NCBI GenBank assembly: GCA_002737705.1
Contig: NSIM01000001.1
Coordinates: 66,472-130,471 of the forward strand
DNA length: 64,000 nt
Reading direction: 5' to 3'
Origin: Flavobacteriales bacterium
Lineage (GTDB): Bacteria; Bacteroidota; Bacteroidia; NS11-12g; UBA955
In this document: positions 1 to 9,170 of the stretch, piece by piece
Numbering within the stretch: the first letter of the stretch is position 1
Layout of the letters: every line of letters begins with the position of its first letter
Position numbers and translations under genes: made by a program
Notes under the pieces: model-generated
Databases searched by the model: none
The model's input: the letters and a program-made list of their open reading frames with translations, nothing else
What the model was told of the DNA's origin: nothing

Positions 1-408
1 GGCAGTGGGGGGATTCCTGTTCCTCCAGGGTATGCTTCGGTAGATGCGTTTCTGGCAATAGAGGGTAAAAAGATTGCTGAATACCGCAAAAAAGGGATCG
101 AGGTAATCGGTCATATTTTAACCGAAATACCTGAAAATGTTATGCCAATGCGCAAGGAGTATAAGGCAGACTATGGATTGGTTTTATTAGAATTAGGAGA
201 TACGAAGACAGCCAAAAAGACACTGGATTTGGCCGTAAAAGATTGTACACAATACGCCAGGTATTTTGTGCGTTGGGAGGACGAGACATTTGGTGCTAGG
301 GAAGTCCAATCGAGTCGTGAAACCCTTAAGGGAATCATTGATGGTTGCAATCAACTGGGACGCAAAGACTGGGCTGCCGAGTTCACGAAACTCAGTAAGG
401 GTATTTAA
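1..408 (+). CDS. hypothetical protein, C-terminal part (5' end truncated by window edge)
   Basis: Frame 1 is open from base 1 and continuous with the 142..408 ORF (GSGGIPVPPGYASVDAFLAIEGKK...). No motif recognised. Codirectional with, and 39 bp upstream of, rlmB. Confidence 0.35.
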   Translation, partial: GSGGIPVPPGYASVDAFLAIEGKKIAEYRKKGIEVIGHILTEIPENVMPMRKEYKADYGLVLLELGDTKTAKKTLDLAVKDCTQYARYFVRWEDETFGAREVQSSRETLKGIIDGCNQLGRKDWAAEFTKLSKGI

Positions 409-446
409 TCTATTAACAGAGTTTCTCAAAAGAGGAAAAAACGGGT

Positions 447-1199
447 ATGGAATTTAAGCAGAAAGACGTTTTTGTACACGGGATACACCCGGTTTTAGAG
501 GCTTTACAATCAGGAAGAACCATCGACAAGGTATGGCTTCAGGAAGGTGTATTGCAGGGACAGTTGAAAGACTTACTTCCCCTCTTTAGGGCAAGGAATA
601 TTATTTGGAAGCAAGTTCCCATGGCCAAATTAAACAGTTTGGTGAGGGGGAATCACCAAGGGGTTGTAATATCTGTAAGTGCTGTTGACTTTGCGAATCT
701 AGACGCCGTGGTTGCTGGTGCATTTGAAGCCGGAGAGGACCCTTTTATTTTGATATTAGACGGGGTTACCGATGTTCGAAATTTTGGCGCTATCGCCCGA
801 ACTGCAGCTTGTGCAGGCATTCATGGGATTTTGGTTCCCGAAAAGGGATCGGCACCCTTGAGTCCGGACGCGGTTAGAACTTCTGCAGGGGCCTTGTTGA
901 AAATTCCCGTATGTAGAACACAATCTCTTTATGGGAGTATTAAAGTGCTCAAAAATAGCGGATTGAAAATTGTGGGGGCAACCGAAAAATCGGTAGAGAA
1001 TGTATTTGATGCTGATTTGTCGGGTCCCATTGCATTGATCTTGGGTGATGAAGAAACTGGCTTGAGCCCTGATACATGGAAACTGTGTGATGCACACGTC
1101 AAAATTCCCTTGTCGCCTAATGGCGTTGGCTCTTTGAATGTTTCTGTAGCAACAGGCGTTATTGCCTACGAAGTGGTGAGGCAGCGTCAAAAACAATAA
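447..1199 (+). CDS. rlmB: SpoU/TrmH-family 23S rRNA (guanosine-2'-O)-methyltransferase (RlmB-like)
   Basis: N-terminal substrate-binding region (VFVHGIHPVLEALQSGR), SpoU methylase core motifs (ILDGVTDVRNFGAIARTAACAGIHGILV; LILGDEETGLS; GSLNVSVATGVIAYE). Typical ~250 aa length. Confidence 0.8.
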   Translation: MEFKQKDVFVHGIHPVLEALQSGRTIDKVWLQEGVLQGQLKDLLPLFRARNIIWKQVPMAKLNSLVRGNHQGVVISVSAVDFANLDAVVAGAFEAGEDPFILILDGVTDVRNFGAIARTAACAGIHGILVPEKGSAPLSPDAVRTSAGALLKIPVCRTQSLYGSIKVLKNSGLKIVGATEKSVENVFDADLSGPIALILGDEETGLSPDTWKLCDAHVKIPLSPNGVGSLNVSVATGVIAYEVVRQRQKQ

Positions 1200-1263
1200 T
1201 CGCATCATCCGCCCATAAAAAGAGTAATTTTGAAAGGGCAATGACAGCAAAATTGACAGGGTC

Positions 1264-2388
1264 ATGACAGGGATTAAAATGGTTGATCTTCAGGCGCAAT
1301 ATGTTCGCTACCAATCTGATATTGATGAAAATGTATTGGCTGTAATGAGAGACGGAGCATTCATTTACGGCCCACAGGTTGCAGAACTTGAAAGGGCCTT
1401 GGCACTGCGTTATAATGTAAGGCATGTTATTGGATGTGCCAATGGAACCGATGCCTTGCAATTGGCTTTTATGGCTTTGGAATTGCCCCAGGGATCTGAG
1501 GTAATAACCCCTTCCTTTTCCTATGCAGCCTTGGCAGAAGTTTTGCTTTTATTGGGGCTGAAGCCCGTTTTTGTTGAAGTAAATCCCGTTACTTTTTTGG
1601 TGGATTTAGGGGCCATTAAAAATGCCATTACCCCCAATACCAGAGCCATTGCCCCGGTGCATTTATTCGGACAGATGGCATCGATGGGGGCTATCATGGA
1701 ATTGGCACACCAACACAATTTATTTGTGGTTGAAGACACTGCCCAATCCATGGGATCGCAGTATTGTTTTAATGGGGAGCATGGGTTTGCTGGAACCATC
1801 GGGCATATCGGCACCACTTCTTTTTTCCCAAGTAAAAACCTAGGTTGTTTTGGAGATGGTGGAGCGATTTTTACCCAAGATGATGCCCTTGCTTCAAAAT
1901 TGAGAATGTTGGCCAATCATGGCCAAAAAGTGAAGTACCAACACGATATTGTCGGTTTAAATTCTAGACTAGATACACTGCAAGCATCAATATTATTGGC
2001 CAAATTGCCCCATCTATTCGAATTTGAACAATCCAGGAATGCAGTGGCAAAACGCTATAATTTGGCATTGAAGAATTGTTCTAGAATTGCGATACCCGAG
2101 AAAAACGCTGAAAGCAGCCACGTGTATCATCAATACACCCTCATTTGTGAAAGCCATGCGCTTCGTGAATCATTGAAAGCGTATTTGGGCAACAATGAGA
2201 TTCCAAGTATGGTCTATTATCCGATACCATTGCACAAACAAAAAGCCTATGCCCAACATGTTGATTTGCCCATTACAGATGACCTTTGTAATCGGGTTCT
2301 TAGCTTGCCAATATGTCCAGAACTGCAGGAAAGTCATCAAGATAAAATAATAAAAACAATCCAAGAGTATTTAGAACAATCACAATAA
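1264..2388 (+). CDS. DegT/DnrJ/EryC1/StrS-family PLP-dependent sugar aminotransferase (ArnB-like)
   Basis: 374 aa. Motifs GCANGTDALQLAF, ITPSFSYAA, SFFPSKNLGCFGDGGAI (PLP-lysine region), HGQ...KYQHDIVGLNSRLD. Family signature of nucleotide-sugar 4-aminotransferases. Confidence 0.85.
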   Translation: MTGIKMVDLQAQYVRYQSDIDENVLAVMRDGAFIYGPQVAELERALALRYNVRHVIGCANGTDALQLAFMALELPQGSEVITPSFSYAALAEVLLLLGLKPVFVEVNPVTFLVDLGAIKNAITPNTRAIAPVHLFGQMASMGAIMELAHQHNLFVVEDTAQSMGSQYCFNGEHGFAGTIGHIGTTSFFPSKNLGCFGDGGAIFTQDDALASKLRMLANHGQKVKYQHDIVGLNSRLDTLQASILLAKLPHLFEFEQSRNAVAKRYNLALKNCSRIAIPEKNAESSHVYHQYTLICESHALRESLKAYLGNNEIPSMVYYPIPLHKQKAYAQHVDLPITDDLCNRVLSLPICPELQESHQDKIIKTIQEYLEQSQ

Positions 2389-2392
2389 AGAA

Positions 2393-3700
2393 ATGAATGT
2401 TGCAGTCATAGGTACCGGTTATGTCGGTTTGGTTAGCGGAACGTGTTTTGCAGAAACAGGCAACCGTGTAATGTGTGTTGACATTGATCAACAAAAAATT
2501 GATACGCTCAGGGCGGGTAAAATCACCATTTTTGAGCCTGGTTTAGACATATTGTTTAAGCGCAATTTGAAAGAAGGTCGTTTGTCTTTTACCACCAATC
2601 TTGGTGAGGCAGTGGCAGATGCACAGGTGATTTTTTTGGCTTTGCCAACACCCCCTGGCGAAGGCGGGTCAGCTGATTTGAAATACGTATTGGGCGTAGC
2701 CGACCAATTGGGTAAAACAATGACAGGCTATAAGGTTATTGTTGATAAAAGCACGGTTCCGGTTGGTACTGCCGACAAGGTATATGCCGCCATTGCTGCC
2801 AATTATTCAGGGGAATTTGATGTAGTAAGCAATCCAGAGTTTTTACGTGAGGGTGTTGCGGTGGATGATTTTATGAAACCCGATCGGGTAGTTATTGGAG
2901 CCCAAAGCCAACGGGCTTTTGAAGTAATGGATGAACTTTATGCTCCCTATGTACGTCAGGGAAATCCAGTTATTCACATGGATACCCGAAGCGCCGAACT
3001 GACCAAATACGCGGCGAATAGTTTTTTGGCGACCAAAATATCTTTTATGAATGAGATTGCCCAAATGTGTGAATTGTTGGGAGCCGATGTAGATATGGTT
3101 CGCAAGGGGATAGGCAGCGATGAACGCATTGGAAAGCGTTTTTTATTTCCGGGTATTGGCTATGGTGGAAGTTGTTTCCCTAAAGATGTTCAGGCCTTGG
3201 TATACAGCGCAGACCAAGTAAACTACGATTTTAAGATTTTGAAAGCCGTTGAGGGCGTTAATGCCAGACAAAAAATGGCATTAATACCCAAAATCACAGG
3301 GCATTTTGGAGACATTAAAGGCAAGACGATCGCTGTTTGGGGATTGGCGTTCAAACCCAATACCGACGATATTCGAGAGGCACCTGCCTTGGAAATGATT
3401 GCTGCTTTATTGGAACGGGGTGCATCTATCCAGTGCTATGATCCCGAAGCAATGGAAAATGTGAAACATGTTTTAGGAGATAAAATTCGGTTCTGTGATA
3501 AAGCAAGCAGCGCTTTGGAAGGATCTGATTTTTTGGTAATTGCCACCGAATGGTCAGAATTTCGAAACCCCGATTTTTCCATGATGGCAAGTCACTTGAA
3601 AGAAAAAGTTATCTTCGATGGACGAAATCTTTTTGATTTAGATCAAATGCGCAAACAGGGATTTACGTATTACAGTATAGGCCGCCAGGATATTAAATGA
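2393..3700 (+). CDS. ugd: UDP-glucose 6-dehydrogenase
   Basis: N-terminal Rossmann motif [19 protein letters not shown], catalytic Cys region [13 protein letters not shown], ~435 aa. Start lies 5 bp after the aminotransferase stop. Confidence 0.9.
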   Translation: MNVAVIGTGYVGLVSGTCFAETGNRVMCVDIDQQKIDTLRAGKITIFEPGLDILFKRNLKEGRLSFTTNLGEAVADAQVIFLALPTPPGEGGSADLKYVLGVADQLGKTMTGYKVIVDKSTVPVGTADKVYAAIAANYSGEFDVVSNPEFLREGVAVDDFMKPDRVVIGAQSQRAFEVMDELYAPYVRQGNPVIHMDTRSAELTKYAANSFLATKISFMNEIAQMCELLGADVDMVRKGIGSDERIGKRFLFPGIGYGGSCFPKDVQALVYSADQVNYDFKILKAVEGVNARQKMALIPKITGHFGDIKGKTIAVWGLAFKPNTDDIREAPALEMIAALLERGASIQCYDPEAMENVKHVLGDKIRFCDKASSALEGSDFLVIATEWSEFRNPDFSMMASHLKEKVIFDGRNLFDLDQMRKQGFTYYSIGRQDIK

Positions 3701-4686
3701 AAAGAGACAGGGTATTAATCACCGGTGCTGCCGGATTTTTGGGCAGTCATTTGTGTGATCGTTTTATTAAAGATGGATACCATGTTCTTGGAATGGACAA
3801 TCTTATTACGGGAGATTTGCGCAATATTGAGCACTTGTTTGCTTTGGAACAATTTGAATTTCTCAACCATGATGTAAGTCAATTTGTACATGTTGCGGGT
3901 GATTTGAAATATATTCTTCACTTTGCCTCTCCAGCCAGTCCTATTGATTATCTTAAAATACCAATTCAAACCTTGAAAGTGGGTTCTTTGGGAACCCATA
4001 ATTTATTGGGATTGGCACTGGCCAAGAAGGCGCGTATTTTGGTAGCAAGTACCTCTGAGGTATACGGAGATCCCACGGTGCATCCACAAACTGAAGATTA
4101 TTGGGGGAATGTAAATCCTGTTGGTCCCAGGGGTGTATACGATGAAGCCAAGCGATTTCAAGAAGCCATTACCATGGCGTACCACACGTTTCATGGTCTG
4201 GAAACCCGAATCATTCGTATTTTTAATACCTATGGTCCGAGGATGAGATTAAATGATGGCCGTGTTTTGCCTGCCTTTATGGGGCAAGCACTTCGGGGCG
4301 ATGATTTGAGTATTTTTGGCGATGGTAGTCAAACCCGTAGCTTCTGCTTTGTTGATGATTTGATAGAGGGCATCTGTCGTTTGTTGTTGAGCAATTGTTC
4401 AGATCCAATCAATATTGGAAATCCCAATGAAATTTCAATTTCGCAATTTGCTGAGGAAATAATCAAACTTACCCAAACCCATCAAAAAGTAATTTACAAG
4501 TCTTTGCCAGTAGATGATCCTAAGCAGCGACAACCCAATATTGAAAAGGCAAAAAAAATACTAGACTGGGAGCCCAAAATAGGAAGAGAAGAGGGATTGC
4601 GTATTACTTGGGAGTATTTCAAAAACTTGCCAAGAGAGAGATTATATGAAGATTCCCACCATAGAAATTTCTTAAAGAATGGGTAA
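3697..4686 (+). CDS. uxs: UDP-glucuronate decarboxylase (UDP-xylose synthase), extended SDR
   Basis: [21 protein letters not shown] motif, YDEAKR (YxxxK) catalytic motif, ~330 aa UXS/ArnA-C-like length. 4-bp ATGA overlap with ugd stop, implying an operon. Confidence 0.85.
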   Translation: MKRDRVLITGAAGFLGSHLCDRFIKDGYHVLGMDNLITGDLRNIEHLFALEQFEFLNHDVSQFVHVAGDLKYILHFASPASPIDYLKIPIQTLKVGSLGTHNLLGLALAKKARILVASTSEVYGDPTVHPQTEDYWGNVNPVGPRGVYDEAKRFQEAITMAYHTFHGLETRIIRIFNTYGPRMRLNDGRVLPAFMGQALRGDDLSIFGDGSQTRSFCFVDDLIEGICRLLLSNCSDPINIGNPNEISISQFAEEIIKLTQTHQKVIYKSLPVDDPKQRQPNIEKAKKILDWEPKIGREEGLRITWEYFKNLPRERLYEDSHHRNFLKNG

Positions 4687-4717
4687 TTGTTTCAGTGAGT
4701 GTTGTATTTGTTGCTTC

Positions 4718-5779
4718 TTATTGAGCGAGTTGGTTTGCCAATTGACCACAGGCTGCATCGATGTCTTTTCCCCTGCTTCTGCGAATATGTACGATAAGTT
4801 TTTGTTTTTCTAGGCCTGCGGCAAATGCATCCAAACGATTCGTGGGCTGATAGTTGGCTAAGGAAATCGGATTGTATTCGATGAGATTTATTTTTGAAGG
4901 AAACTTGCGGGCAAAAATAACGAGTTCTTTTTCCTCTTCTAATCCATCGTTAACCCCTTCGATTACCGTGTATTCAAGTGTGGGTCGGATGCCTGTTTTT
5001 TCATACCAGTAGGCCAGTGATTCTGCCAGCATTTCCAGAGTGTTGCTTTCATTGATTGGCATAATCGCCGATCGTTTTTTGTTATTTGCTGAGTGAAGGC
5101 TTAATGCAAGATTGGTTTTAATCCCATCATCGGCCAGTTTTTGAATCATTTTGGCGATGCCTGCAGTAGAAATTGTTATTCGTTGAGGACTCATCCCCAA
5201 GCCTTCTGCTGCGCTAATAATGAGCACACTGCGCACTACATTGGCATAATTAAGCAGGGGTTCTCCCATGCCCATATAGACAATATTGTCGAGCCTTTTT
5301 CCATAGTGTTTTTCGGCCAGTTCATTGATAAGCCAAACCTGGTCAAATATTTCGGCACAGCTTAGGTTTCTTTGGCGCTTGAGGTATCCGGTAGCACAAA
5401 ATTTGCAATCCAAGGAACAACCAACTTGAGAGCTTACACAAGCGGTGGTTCGGCTGTGGGTTGGTATTAGCACGCCCTCAATTTTATTGCCATCGTATAA
5501 TTCAAATGCCACCTTAATGGTGCCATCTTTCGAAAATTGGGCTGTGTGTATCGTTGAAATATGAAAATTAAATTCTGCCACAAGTTTCGCCCTCAATGGT
5601 TTGGAGAGGTTTGTCATTTCCTCAAAATTACGTGCGCCTTTCTGCCAAAGCCATTGGAAAATTTGCTTGGCACGATAGGCTGATTCACCCATGCTTTTCA
5701 GCACATCTGTTAAAGATGACAAATCAAGATCGCGGATATCGATTTTTTTTTGTGCGTCCATGATTGGAGCAGATATCAA
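4718..5779 (-). CDS. rlmN: 23S rRNA/tRNA adenine-C2 methyltransferase RlmN (radical SAM)
   Basis: Radical SAM motif VSSQVGCSLDCKFCATG, C-terminal conserved GKDIDAACGQL. The true start may be the downstream Met at 5761 (MDAQKKID), just after an A9 run. Confidence 0.9.
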   Translation of the reverse strand: MISAPIMDAQKKIDIRDLDLSSLTDVLKSMGESAYRAKQIFQWLWQKGARNFEEMTNLSKPLRAKLVAEFNFHISTIHTAQFSKDGTIKVAFELYDGNKIEGVLIPTHSRTTACVSSQVGCSLDCKFCATGYLKRQRNLSCAEIFDQVWLINELAEKHYGKRLDNIVYMGMGEPLLNYANVVRSVLIISAAEGLGMSPQRITISTAGIAKMIQKLADDGIKTNLALSLHSANNKKRSAIMPINESNTLEMLAESLAYWYEKTGIRPTLEYTVIEGVNDGLEEEKELVIFARKFPSKINLIEYNPISLANYQPTNRLDAFAAGLEKQKLIVHIRRSRGKDIDAACGQLANQLAQ

Positions 5780-5784
5780 TTGTA

Positions 5785-7113
5785 TTATTTCTTGCGATAA
5801 AACAAACTGATGGGGATGCCCGTCAGGTTGAATTTTTCCCTCATTTTATTTTCCAAAAAACGGGTATAGCTTTCTGCTACATATTGGGGAAGATTGCAGA
5901 ATAAGGCAAAGGCAACACGCTTACTGGGTAGTTGTGTTACATATTTTATTTTGATGAATTTGCCTTTTTTACTCGGAGGCGGGCTGCTTTCCATCAGGGG
6001 TAACAAGAAATCATTCAAGGCACGGGTTGGAATTTTCAAACTGAGGTTTTCATAGACCTTTAAGATCGTTTCCATGCCCTGAAATACCCGTTGTTTTGTG
6101 AGTGCCGATACATACATGATTGGAACGTCAACAAACGGAGCTATAATTTTTTTAATTTCTTCGGAATAGGCCAAATGGGTATTGCTCTCTTTTTCTACCA
6201 GGTCCCATTTATTTACCAAAATGGCAAGTCCTTTGCCTTGCCGGTGTGCCATCCAGAAAAGATTAAGGTCTTGAGATTCCATTCCCAGGCTTGCATCTAA
6301 AACCAGAACTACAACATCGGCATTCTCAAGGGCACGCAAACTGCGCATAACCGAGTAAAATTCTATATTTTCACTCACTTTACTCTTTCTGCGAATTCCT
6401 GCCGTGTCTATCAATATAAATTCTTTTCCATAGGCCTTGTATTTTGTATCAATACTGTCGCGGGTGGTTCCGGCAATGGTTGTTACAATATTTCGGTCTA
6501 CACCGAGAAGGGCATTGATCAAACTACTTTTTCCTACATTGGGTCGACCTACAATGGCGATCCGTGGGAGATCCTCGATATGGTCTTCGTCTGGTTTCTC
6601 ATCTCTTAGGAATTCTACAACTTCATCTAATAAATCACCTGTTCCACCCCCATTAGCGGCAGATATTTCGTGGAAATGGTCAAACCCCAAAGAATAAAAA
6701 ACGGAAGTTTCCAATCGCAGGCGGTCGTTGTCTACCTTATTCACTGTTAATACCACAGGTTTTTTGCTTTTGCGCAATATGTGTGCAAACTCTTCGTCAA
6801 GGGGATTTACGTCTGTTTGAACATCGACAACAAAGATCAATACTGCGGCTTCTTCTATGGCTATATGCACTTGTTCACGGATGGCCGCTTCGAATGTATC
6901 ATTGCTTTGGGGAACAAATCCTCCGGTATCAATAACGGTAAAATCGATGCCATTCCAATCTGAATAACCATAGTGTCTGTCTCTGGTCACACCGCTGTAA
7001 TCATCAACAATTGCTTTAAACTCCCCTGTTAATCGATTAAAAAGGGTACTTTTTCCTACATTCGGTCGACCTACTATGGCTACAATTCTGCTCACAAGGC
7101 GGCAAAGATACAC
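5785..7113 (-). CDS. der: ribosome-biogenesis GTPase Der (EngA), tandem GTPase domains
   Basis: Two P-loops (IVGRPNVGKSTLFNRL and IAIVGRPNVGKSSLINAL), two DTAG motifs, KH-like C-terminus. The N-terminal 10 residues of the ORF call are probably not translated. Confidence 0.9.
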   Translation of the reverse strand: MYLCRLVSRIVAIVGRPNVGKSTLFNRLTGEFKAIVDDYSGVTRDRHYGYSDWNGIDFTVIDTGGFVPQSNDTFEAAIREQVHIAIEEAAVLIFVVDVQTDVNPLDEEFAHILRKSKKPVVLTVNKVDNDRLRLETSVFYSLGFDHFHEISAANGGGTGDLLDEVVEFLRDEKPDEDHIEDLPRIAIVGRPNVGKSSLINALLGVDRNIVTTIAGTTRDSIDTKYKAYGKEFILIDTAGIRRKSKVSENIEFYSVMRSLRALENADVVVLVLDASLGMESQDLNLFWMAHRQGKGLAILVNKWDLVEKESNTHLAYSEEIKKIIAPFVDVPIMYVSALTKQRVFQGMETILKVYENLSLKIPTRALNDFLLPLMESSPPPSKKGKFIKIKYVTQLPSKRVAFALFCNLPQYVAESYTRFLENKMREKFNLTGIPISLFYRKK

Positions 7114-7213
7114 AAGCTACTAAGGTTTGGGTTCAGAAGTGTTGAATTTTGCCTTGATAGGCAATGTTTTGCTTCTAATTGTGTTCGGGAATGCGAATTT
7201 GTATATTTGACCC

Positions 7214-7891
7214 ATGCGAATCTCGATTATCGCGGCCTTGGGGGTCAATTTGGAATTGGGGGCAAACAATGCCCTATTGTGGCACTTGCCAGATGATTTT
7301 TCCTGGTTTATTCAGCATACAAAAGGCAAGCCTTTAATCATGGGGAGAAAAACCATGGAGAGCCTTGGAAAACCTTTAAAAAACAGAACAAATATTGTAT
7401 TAACATCGGCACTGTCAGTCTTGCCTGGGTTTGAAATAGCAGAAAATTGGGACTCCGCCTTGGCCATGGCAAAGGCGTCTATCTTACGTTTACAGACAAA
7501 TACACCTTCGGATAGCCCTGGAATCAAGCCAACGGAAAGCAGCGCAATCTCGCTGAAAAATAGCAATAAAAACATTCATCAAATCCCTACGATCGACCCC
7601 AAGCACATTTCAGGTCAGGGTGATGAAGTCATGGCAAATTCTCCAATAAAGGGATATTCCCCATCAATATTCCCCGAAATAATGATTATAGGGGGAGGTG
7701 AAATCTACAAACAAGCGCTAGACTTTACAAACAGGCTCTATATTACACAAGTAAAAGGAAATTTTCCGCAGGCCGACACCCATTTCCCACCCTGGAGTCC
7801 CCAAGATTGGAAAGAAACCTATCATCAACACCATATTGCCGATGACAAACACAATTTTTCATTTGATTTTCGTGTCTTTGATCGGCGTTAA
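7214..7891 (+). CDS. folA: dihydrofolate reductase with an internal low-complexity insertion
   Basis: DHFR motifs: IIAALGVNLELGANNALLWHLPDDFSWF, PLIMGRKTMESLGKPL, IMIIGGGEIY, THFP. 225 aa versus the ~160 aa norm. A TATATTTG -7-like box sits immediately upstream. Confidence 0.8.
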   Translation: MRISIIAALGVNLELGANNALLWHLPDDFSWFIQHTKGKPLIMGRKTMESLGKPLKNRTNIVLTSALSVLPGFEIAENWDSALAMAKASILRLQTNTPSDSPGIKPTESSAISLKNSNKNIHQIPTIDPKHISGQGDEVMANSPIKGYSPSIFPEIMIIGGGEIYKQALDFTNRLYITQVKGNFPQADTHFPPWSPQDWKETYHQHHIADDKHNFSFDFRVFDRR

Positions 7892-7970
7892 TAAAAAACT
7901 TCGGCCAACAAAATCGGGAATAATCAAACTTCTTCGGCCAAAAGTGAGTCATCATTTTTTAAGTCCCCTA

Positions 7971-7982
7971 TATACGCGTATA
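7971..7982. promoter_or_regulatory. perfect 12-bp palindrome TATACGCGTATA upstream of nadK
   Basis: Read directly, ~77 bp upstream of the nadK start. A half-site-like GCGTAT recurs 18 bp downstream (7991..7998). Confidence 0.3.
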
Positions 7983-8058
7983 CAAAATGTATGCGTATGT
8001 GGATGGAAAACCAGAGTATCTTTGTTTTGGATATAGATGTAAAATTGCGGGTAAAAAT

Positions 8059-8937
8059 ATGAAAATTGCGGTCTATGCTAAAACACTTAAAGACACCAAG
8101 CACCGAGAAGGATTGGCCGAATTGCTCTCAGTTTTGGGAGAAATGGGCCACGAAATCTCCTTGCCTGCTGCTTTGTTGCCTTTTGCCCAACCCTATATAG
8201 CATCGGGGCATAAAATAGAAGTTTTTTCATCTTTTTCTATGGGGGATGTGATTCCAGACGTATTAATTTGTGTGGGTGGAGATGGAACAATACTAGATAC
8301 ACTTAGTTTCGTTCGCGATTCTGGCCTACCAATTTTGGCACTTAATACAGGCCGATTGGGGTTTTTGGCAGACGTTCAATTGGAGAATTTGCGTCATTCG
8401 ATTGAGGACATTGAAAAAGGAAATTACACCCTTGAGAAAAGGAGTTTACTCCACCTAGAATCCTCCCAACCCCTATTTGATTATAATTTTGCACTCAACG
8501 ACTTTGTGATACACAAAAATGAAACATCGAATATGATTGTGGTTCACACCTTTTTAAATGGCGAGTTTTTAAACAGTTATTGGAGCAATGGATTAATTAT
8601 TGCCACCCCAACTGGAAGTACCGGTTATTCGCTCAGTTGTGGAGGACCAATTGTTTTTCCCAAGAGTGATAGCTTTGTGATCACTCCCATTGCACCCCAT
8701 AATCTCAATGTAAGACCCATTATTATTAAGGATGACAATATCTTGAGTTTTGAAATTGAAGGCCATGAAATGAGTTATCTAGCCAGTTTAGATTCGAGAA
8801 GCAAAAGTATATCTGGTGGAGTCAATTTGGCCATTCGCAAAGCCGATCATGATTTTTATCTGATGCGCTTATCGAATATTCATTTTCTTGATACGCTTCG
8901 CAGTAAACTCAATTGGGGTTTTGATCGAAGAAATTAA
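8059..8937 (+). CDS. nadK: NAD kinase
   Basis: GGDGTILDT motif, NDFVI, TPTGSTGYSLSCGGPIV. Start taken at the internal Met MKIAVYAK (ORF track begins at 7987). Confidence 0.85.
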   Translation: MKIAVYAKTLKDTKHREGLAELLSVLGEMGHEISLPAALLPFAQPYIASGHKIEVFSSFSMGDVIPDVLICVGGDGTILDTLSFVRDSGLPILALNTGRLGFLADVQLENLRHSIEDIEKGNYTLEKRSLLHLESSQPLFDYNFALNDFVIHKNETSNMIVVHTFLNGEFLNSYWSNGLIIATPTGSTGYSLSCGGPIVFPKSDSFVITPIAPHNLNVRPIIIKDDNILSFEIEGHEMSYLASLDSRSKSISGGVNLAIRKADHDFYLMRLSNIHFLDTLRSKLNWGFDRRN

Positions 8938-9170
8938 TTGGGTCGCCTAAACCCACAATACACCCCAAATACCCAGAATATTACCGGCCCAATCATCTCA
9001 AATCTTAACCCCGTTTTCAATTAAGTACGCAATAGTTGTATCGCCAACTCGTCTGGTTTGGGTGTAGACCAACGGATTCCGGATAAATCGTTTATGATTC
9101 GCACTGCAGTTCTCTCAAGTCCCTTACCGGTATTAATATACTCTTTGGATAAAGCAGGTATCTTTGTATT

